Assembly (NCBI GenBank): GCA_002189035.1
Contig: NEEC01000397.1
Coordinates: forward strand, 1 to 14,368
DNA from: Utricularia gibba
Taxonomy: Eukaryota > Plantae > Magnoliophyta
Length of the DNA: 14,368 nucleotides
Direction of reading: 5' to 3'
Shown here one piece after another: positions 1-9,633 of the stretch. The first letter of the stretch is position 1. Each line of letters starts with the position of its first letter. The position numbers and the translations under genes were made by a program. Under the pieces are notes generated by a model that ran no database searches, was not told the origin of the DNA, and saw nothing but the letters and a program-made list of their open reading frames with translations.

Positions 1-1241
1 TTTGTAGCCCGCAAAAAAATTGATGCATTTATTAACGTTCGGCGCTATTAGGCTGCCTACATAGTTTCTCAAGGAAAGCTTGTCGTTTCTGGGCGGGTGA
101 TGTCGTTGGAACTTCGTTCTGACCCAAGGTTCTGACTGACTCCTTTGCCACATCGGGTCCTACTCGACGAAAATTGTGATGCAGTTATTGAAGTTAGGAT
201 GTCATGAGCACCCAAAATGGTTTTCTCAACCGCATGCTTTATATTTGAGGAGGCGCTCTCGTGGGGCAACGGTATCGAGTAGGAGGTCGAGTCGAGCTCG
301 GCCCATAGTCATTTGTAGCTCGGCAAAAAACTTGATGCATTAATTAACGTTGGGTTTTAATAGAACGCCTACATTGTTTTCTCAAGGAAAAGCTTGTCGT
401 TTCTGCGCGGGTGATGTCGTTGGAACTTCGTTCGGACCCAAGGTTCTGTCTGACTCCTTTGCCACATCGGGTCCTACTCGACGAAAATCGTGATGCACTT
501 ATTGAAGTTAGGATGTCATGAGCACCCAAAATGGTTTTCTCAACCGCATGCTTTATATTTGATAAGGCTCTCGTGGGCAACGGTATCGAGCAGGAGGTCG
601 AGTCGAGCTCGGGCCCAGAGTCATTTGTAGCCCGACAAAAATATTGATGCATTTATTAACGTTCGGCTATTAGGCTGCCTACATAGTTTCTCAAGGAAAA
701 GCTTATCGTTTCTGGCGGGTGATGTCGTTGGGAACTTCGTTCGGACCCAAGGTTCTGACTGACTCCTTTGCCACATCGGTCCTACTCGACGAAAATCGTG
801 ATGCAGTTATTGAAGTTAGGATGTCATGAGCACCCAAAATGTTTTCTCAACCGCATGCTTTATATTTGAGGAGGCCTCTCGTGGGGCAACGGTATCGAGT
901 AGGAGGTCGAGTCGAGCTCGGGCCCAGAGTCATTTGTAGCCGGCAAAAAAATTGATGCATTTATTAACGTTGGGTTTTAATAGCGCCTACATTGTTTTCT
1001 CAAGGAAAAGCTTGTCGTTTCTGGGCGGTGATGTCGTTGGAACTTCGTTCGGACCAAGGTTCTGTCTGACTCCTTTGCCACATCGGGTCCTACTCGACGA
1101 AAATCGTGATGCAGTTATTGAAGTTAGGATATCATGAGCACCCAAAATGGTTTTCTCAACCGCATGCTTTATATTTGATAAGTGCTCTCGTGGGGCAACG
1201 GTATCGAGCAGGAGGTCGAGTCGAGCTCGGTCCCAGAGTCA
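1..1241 (+). repeat. Subfamily alpha block 1 (M1-M4), X-Y-X-Y dimeric higher-order repeat
   Basis: Shared diagnostics: TGTCGTTGG(G)AAC, GACC(C)AAGG, TTCTG(A/T)CTGAC, and GGATGTC in M1-M3. X monomers (M1, M3) carry GAGGAGG, GAGTAGG and TTCTGACTGAC. Y monomers (M2, M4) carry TTGGGTTTTAATAG..CGCCTACATTG and TTCTGTCTGAC. Confidence 0.85.
21..332 (+). repeat. Internal dimer: two diverged ~156-158-bp subunits per monomer (example in M1-M2)
   Basis: TGATGCA anchors fall at 21, 177 and 333, i.e. 156 + 156 bp apart. The consensus halves TGATGCATTTATTAACGTTCGGCTTTATTAGGCTGCCTACATAGTTT-CTCAAGGAAAAGCTT and TGATGCAGTTATTGAAGTTAGGATATCATGAGCACCCAAAATGGTTTTCTCAACCGCATGCTT match at 42 of 63 columns with one gap. 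Confidence 0.93.
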
Positions 1242-4200
1242 TTTGTAGCCGGCAAAAAAAATTGATGCATTTATTAACGTTGGCTTTATAGGCTGCCTAC
1301 ATAGTTTTCTCAAGGAAAAGCTTGTCGTTTCTGGGCGGGTGATGTCTTTTGGAACTTCGTTCTGACCATAGGTTCGGTCTGACTCCTTTGCCACATCGGG
1401 TCCTACTCGACGAAAATCGTGATGCAGTTATTGAAGTTAGGATATCATGAGCACCCAAAATGGTTTTCTCAACCGCATTTTATATTTGATAAGGTGCTCT
1501 CGTGGGGCAACGGTATCGAGCAGGAGGTCGAGTCGAGCTCGGCCCATAGTCATTTGTAGCCGGCAAAAAATTGATGCATTTATTAACGTTTGTTTTAATT
1601 GGCCGCCTAAATGGTTTTCTCAGGAAAAGCTTGTCGTTTTTGGGCGGGTGATGTCTTTTGGAACTTCGTTCTGACCATAGGTCGGTCTGACTCCTTTGCC
1701 ACATCGGGTCCTACTCGACGAAAATCGTGATGCAGTTATTGAAGTTAGGATATCATGAGCACCCAAAATGGTTTTCTCAACCGCATGCTTTATATTTGAT
1801 AAGGCACTCTCGTGGGGCAACGGTATCGAGCAGGAGGTCGAGTCGAGCTCGGCCCAGAGTCATTTGTAGCCCGGCAAAAAAAATTGATGCATTTATTAAC
1901 GTTCGGCTTTATTAGGCTGCCTACATAGTTTCTCAAGGAAAAGCTTGTCGTTTCTGGCGGAATGAGTTTTGACTCCTTTTCTTCTGACTCCTTTGCCACA
2001 TCGGGTCCTACTCGACGAAAATCGTGATGCAGTTATTGAAGTTAGGATATCATGAGCACCCAAAATGGTTTTCTCAACCGCATGCTTTATATTTGATAAG
2101 GCACTCTCGTGGGGCAACGGTATCGAGCAGGAGGTCGAGTCGAGCTCGGCCCAGAGTCATTTGTAGCCCGGCAAAAAAATTGATGCATTTATTAACGTTC
2201 GGCTTTATTAGGCTGCCTACATAGTTTCTCAAGGAAAAGCTTGTCGTTTCTGGGCGGGTGATGTCTTTTGGAACTTCGTTCTGACCATAGGTTCGGTCTG
2301 ACTCCTTTGCCACATCGGGTCCTACTCAACGAAAATCGTGATGCAGTTGTTGAAGTTAGGATATCATGAGCACCCAAAAGGGTTTTCTCAACCGCATGCT
2401 TTATATTTGATAAGGCACTCTCGTGGGCAACGGTATCGAGCAGGAGGTCGAGTCGAGCTCGGCCCAGAGTCATTTGTAGCCCGGCAAAAAAATTGATGCA
2501 TTTATTAACGTTCGGCTTTATTAGGCTGCCTACATAGTTTCTCAAGGAAAAGCTTGTCGTTTCTGGCGGGATGTCTTTTGGAACTTCGTTCTGACCATAG
2601 GTTCGGTCTGACTCCTTTGCCACATCGGGTCCTACTCAACGAAAATCGTGATGCAGTTATTGAAGTTAGGATATCATGAGCACCCAAAAGGGTTTTCTCA
2701 ACCGCATGCTTTATATTTGATAAGGCACTCTCGTGGGGCAACGGTATCGAGCAGGAGGTCGAGTCGAGCTCGGCCCAGAGTCATTTGTAGCCCGGCAAAA
2801 AAATTGATGCATTTATTAACGTTCGGCTTTATTAGGCTGCCTACATAGTTTCTCAAGGAAAAGCTTGTCGTTTCTGGGCGGTGATGTCTTTTGGAACTTC
2901 GTTCTGACCATAGGTTCGTCTGACTCCTTTGCCACATCGGGTCCTACTCGACGAAAATCGTGATGCAGTTATTGAAGTTAGGATATCATGAGCACCCAAA
3001 ATGGTTTTCTCAACCGCATGCTTTATATTTGATAAGGCACTCTCGTGGGGCAACGGTATCGAGCAGGGGTCGAGTCGAGCTCGGTCCCAGAGTCATTTGT
3101 AGCCCGGCAAAAAAATTGATGCATTTATTAACGTTCGGCTTTATTAGGCTGCCTACATAGTTTCTCAAGGAAAAGCTTGTCGTTTCTGGGCGGGTGATGT
3201 CTTTTGGAACTTCGTTCTGACCATAGGTTCGTCTGACTCCTTTGCCACATCGGGTCCTACTCGACGAAAATCGTGATGCAGTTATTGAAGTTAGGATATC
3301 ATGAGCACCCAAAATGGTTTTCTCAACCGCATGCTTTATATTTGATAAGGTGCTCTCGTGGGGCAACGGTATCGAGCAGGAGGTCGAGTCGAGCTCGGGC
3401 CCATAGTCATTTGTAGCTCGGCAAAAAACTTGATGCATTTATTAACGGTTGGTTTTAATAGGCTGCCTAATAGTTTTCTCAAGGAAAAGCTTGTCGTTTT
3501 TTGGGCGGGTGATGTCTTTGGAACTTCGTTCTGACCCAAGGTTCGGTCTGACTCCTTTGCCACATCGGTCCTACTCGACGAAAATCGTGATGCAGTTATT
3601 GAAGTTAGGATATCATGAGCACCCAAAATGTTTTCTCAACCGCATGCTTTATATTTGATAAGGCACTCTCGTGGGGCAACGGTATCGAGCAGGAGGTCGA
3701 GTCGAGCTCGGCCCAGAGTCATTTGTAGCCCGGCAAAAAAAAATTGATGCATTTATTAACGTTCGGCTTTATTAGGCTGCCTACATAGTTTCTCAAGGAA
3801 AAGCTTGTCGTTTCTGGGCGGGTGATGTCTTTTGGAACTTCGTTCTGACCATAGGTTCGGTCTGACTCCTTTGCCACATCGGGTCCTACTCGACGAAAAT
3901 CGTGATGCAGTTATTGAAGTTAGGATATCATGAGCACCCAAAATGGTTTTCTCAACCGCATGCTTTATATTTGATAAGGCACTCTCGTGGGGCAACGGTA
4001 TCGAGCAGAGGTCGAGTCGAGCTCGGGTCCCAGAGTCATTTGTAGCCCGGCAAAAAAATTGATGCATTTATTAACGTTCGGCTTTATTAGGCTGCCTACA
4101 TAGTTTCTCAAAAGCTTGTCGTTTCTGGGCGGGTGATGTCTTTTGGAACTTCGTTCTGACCATAGGTTCGTCTGACTCCTTTGCCACATCGGGTCCTACT

Positions 4201-7200
4201 CGACGAAAATCGTGATGCAGTTATTGAAGTTAGGATATCATGAGCACCCAAAATGGTTTTCTCAACCGCATGCTTTATATTTGATAAGGTGCTCTCGTGG
4301 GGCAACGGTATCGAGTAGGAGGTCGAGTCGAGCTCGGGCCCATAGTCATTTGTAGCTCGGCAAAAAACTTGATGCATTTATTAACGTTTGTTTAATTAGG
4401 CCGCCTAAATGGTTTTCTCAGGAAAAGCTTGTCGTTTTTGGCGGGTGATGTCTTTTGGAACTTCGTTCTGACCATAGGTTCGGTCTGACTCCTTTGCCAC
4501 ATCGGGTCCTACTCGACGAAAATCGTGATGCAGTTATTGAAGTTAGGATATCATGAGCACCCAAAATGGTTTTCTCAACCGCATGCTTTATATTTGATAA
4601 GGCACTCTCGTGGGGCAACGGTATCGAGCAGGAGGTCGAGTCGAGCTCGGGCCCAGAGTCATTTGTAGCCCGGCAAAAAAATTGATGCATTTATTAACGT
4701 TCGGCTTTATTAGGCTGCCTACATAGTTTCTCAAGGAAAAGCTTGTCGTTTCTGGGCGGGTGATGTCTTTTGGAACTTCGTTCTGACCATAGGTTCGTCT
4801 GACTCCTTTGCCACATCGGGTCCTACTCGACGAAAATCGTGATGCAGTTGTTGAAGTTAGGATATCATGAGCACCCAAAAGGGTTTTCTCAACCGCATGC
4901 TTTTATATTTGATAAGGCACTCTCGTGGGGCAACGGTATCGAGCAGGAGGTCGAGTCGAGCTCGGTCCCAGAGTCATTTGTAGCCCGGCAAAAAAAATTG
5001 ATGCATTTATTAACGTTCGGCTTTATTAGGCTGCCTACATAGTTTCTCAAGGAAAAGCTTGTCGTTTCTGGGCGGGTGATGTCTTTTGGAACTTCGTTCT
5101 GACCATAGGTTCGGTCTGACTCCTTTGCCACATCGGGTCCTACTCAACGAAAATCGTGATGCAGTTGTTGAAGTTAGGATATCATGAGCACCCAAAATGG
5201 TTTTCTCAACCGCATGCTTTATATTTGATAAGGCACTCTCGTGGGGCAACGGTATCGAGCAGGAGGTCGAGTCGAGCTCGGTCCCAGAGTCATTTGTAGC
5301 CCGGCAAAAAATTGATGCATTTATTAACGTTCGGCTTTATTAGGCTGCCTACATAGTTTCTCAAGGAAAAGCTTGTCGTTTCTGGGCGGGTGATGTCTTT
5401 TGGAACTTCGTTCTGACCATAGGTTCGTCTGACTCCTTTGCCACATCGGGTCCTACTCGACGAAAATCGTGATGCAGTTATTGAAGTTAGGATATCATGA
5501 GCACCCAAAATGGTTTTCTCAACCGCATGCTTTATATTTGATAAGGCTCTCGTGGGGCAACGGTATCGAGCAGGAGGTCGAGTCGAGCTCGGCCCATAGT
5601 CATTTGTAGCTCGGCAAAAAACTTGATGCATTTATTAACGGTTTGTTTTAATTGGCTGCCTAAATGGTTTTCTCAAGGAAAAGCTTGTCGTTTTTTGGCG
5701 GGTGATGTCTTTGAACTTCGTTCTGACCATAGGTTCGGTCTGACTCCTTTGCCACATCGGGTCCTACTCGACGAAAATCGTGATGCAGTTATTGAAGTTA
5801 GGATATCATGAGCACCCAAAATGGTTTTTCTCAACCGCATGCTTTATATTTGATAAGGCACTCTCGTGGGGCAACGGTATCGAGCAGGAGGTCGAGTCGA
5901 GCTCGGCCCAGAGTCATTTGTAGCCCGGCAAAAAAAATTGATGCATTTATTAACGTTCGGCTTTATTAGGCTGCCTACATAGTTTCTCAAGGAAAATGTC
6001 GTTTCTGGGCGGGTGATGTCTTTTGGAACTTCGTTCTGACCATAGGTTCGGTCTGACTCCTTTGCCACATCGGGTCCTACTCGACGAAAATCGTGATGCA
6101 GTTATTGAAGTTAGGATATCATGAGCACCCAAAAGGGTTTTCTCAACCGCATGCTTTATATTTGATAAGGCACTCTCGTGGGGCAACGGTATCGAGCAGG
6201 AGGTCGAGTCGAGCTCGGTCCCAGAGTCATTTGTAGCCCGGCAAAAAAATTGATGCATTTATTAACGTTCGGCTTTATTAGGCTGCCTACATAGTTTCTC
6301 AAGGAAAAGCTTGTCGTTTCTGGGCGGTGATGTCTTTTGGAACTTCGTTCTGACCATAGGTTCGGTCTGACTCCTTTGCCACATCGGGTCCTACTCGACG
6401 AAAATCGTGATGCAGTTATTGAAGTTAGGATATCATGAGCACCCAAAATGGTTTTCTCAACCGCATGTTTTATATTTGATAAGGTGCTCTCGTGGGGCAA
6501 CGGTATCGAGTAGGAGGTCGAGTCGAGCTCGGCCCATAGTCATTTGTAGCCGGCAAAAAACTTGATGCATTTATTAACGTTTGTTTTATTGGCCGCCTAA
6601 ATAGTTTTCTCAGGAAAAGCTTGTCGTTTTTGGGCGGGTGATGTCTTTTGGAACTTCGTTCTGACCATAGGTTCGGTCTGACTCCTTTGCCACATCGGGT
6701 CCTACTCGACGAAAATCGTGATGCAGTTATTGAAGTTAGGATATCATGAGCACCCAAAATGGTTTTCTCAACCGCATGCTTTATATTTGATAAGGCACTC
6801 TCGTGGGGCAACGGTATCGAGCAGGAGGTCGAGTCGAGCTCGGCCCAGAGTCATTTGTAGCCCGGCAAAAAAATTGATGCATTTATTAACGTTCGGCTTT
6901 ATTAGGCTGCCTACATAGTTTCTCAAGGAAAAGCTTGTCGTTTCTGGGCGGGTGATGTCTTTTGGAACTTCGTTCTGACCATAGGTTCGGTCTGACTCCT
7001 TTGCCACATCGGGTCCTACTCAACGAAAATCGTGATGCAGTTGTTGAAGTTAGGATATCATGAGCACCCAAAAGGGTTTTCTCAACCGCATGCTTTATAT
7101 TTGATAAGGCACTCTCGTGGGGCAACGGTATCGAGCAGGAGGTCGAGTCGAGCTCGGTCCCAGAGTCATTTGTAGCCCGGCAAAAAAAAATTGATGCATT

Positions 7201-8648
7201 TATTAACGTTCGGCTTTATTAGGCTGCCTACATAGTTTCTCAAGGAAAAGCTTGTCGTTTCTGGGCGGGTGATGTCTTTTGGAACTTCGTTCTGACCATA
7301 GGTTCGTCTGACTCCTTTGCCACATCGGGTCCTACTCGACGAAAATCGTGATGCAGTTTATTGAAGTTAGGATATCATGAGCACCCAAAATGGTTTTCTC
7401 AACCGCATGCTTTATATTTGATAAGGCACTCTCGTGGGGCAACGGTATCGAGCAGGAGGTCGAGTCGAGCTCGGGCCCAGAGTCATTTGTAGCCGGCAAA
7501 AAATTGATGCATTTATTAACGTTTGTTTTAATTGGCCGCCTAATGGTTTTCTCAGGAAAAGCTTGTCGTTTTTTGGGCGGGTGATGTCTTTTGGAACTTC
7601 GTTCCATAGGTTCGGTCTGACTCCTTTGCCACATCGGTCCTACTCGACGAAAATCGTGATGCAGTTGTTTTGAAGTTAGGATATCATGAGCACCCAAAAT
7701 GGTTTTCTCAACCGCATGCTTTATATTTGATAAGGCACTCTCGGGGCAACGGTATCGAGCAGGAGGTCGAGTCGAGCTCGGTCCCAGAGTCATTTGTAGC
7801 CCGGCAAAAAAATTGATGCATTTATTAACGTTCGGCTTTATTAGGCTGCCTACATAGTTTCTCAAGGAAAAGCTTGTCGTTTCTGGGCGGGTGATGTCTT
7901 TTGGAACTTCGTTCTGACCATAGGTTCGGTCTGACTCCTTTGCCACATCGGGTCCTACTCGACGAAAATCGTGATGCAGTTATTGAAGTTAGGATATCAT
8001 GAGCACCCAAAATGTTTTCTCAACCGCATGTTTTATATTGATAAGCACTCTCGTGGGGCAACGGTATCGAGCAGGAGGTCGAGTCGAGCTCGGGCCCATA
8101 GTCATTTGTAGCCGGCAAAAAAACTTGATGCATTTATTAACGTTTTTAGCCTACATAGTTTCTCAAGGAAAAGCTTGTCGTTTCTGGCGGGTGATGTCTT
8201 TTGGAACTTCGTTCTGACCATAGGTTCGGTCTGACTCCTTTGCCACATCGGGTCCTACTCGACGAAAATCGTGATGCAGTTATTGAAGTTAGGATATCAT
8301 GAGCACCCAAAAATGGTTTTCTCAACCGCATGCTTTATATTTGATAAGCACTCTCGTGGGGCAACGGTATCGAGCAGGAGTCGAGTCGAGCTCGGGCCCA
8401 GAGTCATTGTCAAAAAATTGATGCATTTATTAACGTTCGGCTTAATTAGGCTGCCTACATAGTTTCTCAAGGAAAAGCTTGTCGTTTCTGGTAGGGGAAC
8501 TTCGTTCTGACCATAGGTTCGTCTGACTCCTTTGCCACATCGGGTCCTACTCGACGAAAATCGTGATGCAGTTATTGAAGTTAGGATATCATGAGCACCC
8601 AAAAGGGTTTTCTCAACCGCATGCTTTATATTTGATAAGGCACTCTCG
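1242..8648 (+). repeat. Subfamily beta block (M5-M28) with interspersed variant monomers forming an irregular higher-order repeat
   Basis: Diagnostics TGTCTTTTGG, CTGACCATAGG and GGATATC are found throughout, apart from local deletions. Variant T-rich monomers (TTTGTTTTAATTGGCCGCCTAAATGG or ACGGTTGGTTTTAATAGG, plus GTTTTTGGGCG) start at 1553, 3410, 4349, 5603, 6543 and 7486; a deleted form starts at 8105. Confidence 0.85.
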
Positions 8649-8707
8649 GCGCTCTAGTGGGGCACGGTATCGGGCAAAAGGTCGAGTCGGGCTCGCTCCC
8701 AGAGTCG

Positions 8708-9633
8708 TTTGTAGCCCGACAAAAATATTGATGCATTTATTAACGTTCGGCGCTATTAGGCTGCCTACATAGTTTCTCAAGGAAAAGCTTATCGTTTCTG
8801 GGCGGGTGATGTCGTTGGGAACTTCGTTCGGACCCAAGGTTCTGACTGACTCCTTTGCCACATCGGGTCCTACTCGACGAAAATCGTGATGCAGTTATTG
8901 AAGTTAGGATGTCATGAGCACCCAAAATGGTTTTCGCATGCTTTATATTTGAGGAGGCGCTCTCGTGGGGCAACGGTATCGAGTAGGAGGTCGAGTCGAG
9001 CTGGGCCCATAGTCATTTGTAGCTCGGCAAAAAACTTGATGCATTTATTAACGTTGGGTTTTAATAGCGCCTACATTTTTTCTCAAGGAAAAGCTTGTCG
9101 TTTCTGGCGGGTGATGTCGTTGGGAACTTCGTTCGGACCAAGGTTCTGTCTGACTCCTTTGCCCATCGGGTCCTACTCGACGAAAATCGTGATGCACTTA
9201 TTGAAGTTAGGATTCATGAGCACCCAAAATGGTTTTCTCAACCGCATGCTTTATATTTGATAAGGTGCTCTCGTGGGGCAACGGTATCGAGCAGGGAGGT
9301 CGAGTCGAGCTCGGGCCCAGAGTCATTTGTAGCCCGCAAAAAATTGATGCATTTATTAACGTTCGGCGCTATTAGGCTGCCTACATAGTTTCTCAAGGAA
9401 AAGCTTGTCGTTTCTGGCGGGTGATGTCGTTGGAACTTCGTTCGGACCCAAGGTTCTGTCTGACTCCTTTGCCACATCGGGTCCTACTCGACGAAAATCG
9501 TGATGCAGTTATTGAAGTTAGGATGTCATGAGCACCCAAAATGGTTTTCTCAACCGCATGCTTTATATTTGAAGGCGCTCTCGTGGGGCAACGGTATCGA
9601 GCAGGAGGTCGAGTCGAGCTCGGCCCAGAGTCA
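8708..9633 (+). repeat. Subfamily alpha block 2 (M29-M31), X-Y-X
   Basis: M29 shares rare alleles with M3 (GCCCGAC, AAAAATATTG, GCTTATCG, TTCTGACTGAC). M30 shares GCACTTATTG and TTGGGTTTTAATAG with M2. M31 shares GCCCGC and GGCGCTATT with M1. Confidence 0.85.

Noticed and set aside
101-117. CENP-B-box-like TCGTTGGAA in alpha/gamma monomers
   Set aside because: It matches only 9 central bases and lacks both the required TTCG start and the CGGG end. It is absent from the dominant beta type.
48-199. Telomere-like hexamers TTAGGC and TTAGGA (also CCCAAAA, and CCTAAA in variant monomers)
   Set aside because: There is no perfect TTTAGGG or TTAGGG and no tandem run. Such matches are expected by chance, so they are not evidence of telomeric origin on their own.
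197-220. 5S rDNA or other small-RNA gene array (unit size fits; GGATGTCATGAGCAC loosely resembles the plant 5S 5' end)
   Set aside because: Similarity does not extend past about 15 bp. There is no 120-bp 5S body or internal A/C boxes, and I see no tRNA cloverleaf.
1-311. Apparent abundance of 6-bp palindromes (ATGCAT, AACGTT, AAGCTT, GATATC, TCATGA, GCATGC, GAGCTC) and the dyad TAGGC-T-GCCTA
   Set aside because: Seven per 314 bp against roughly five expected by chance is not a convincing excess, and I found no long inverted repeat able to form a stable cruciform.
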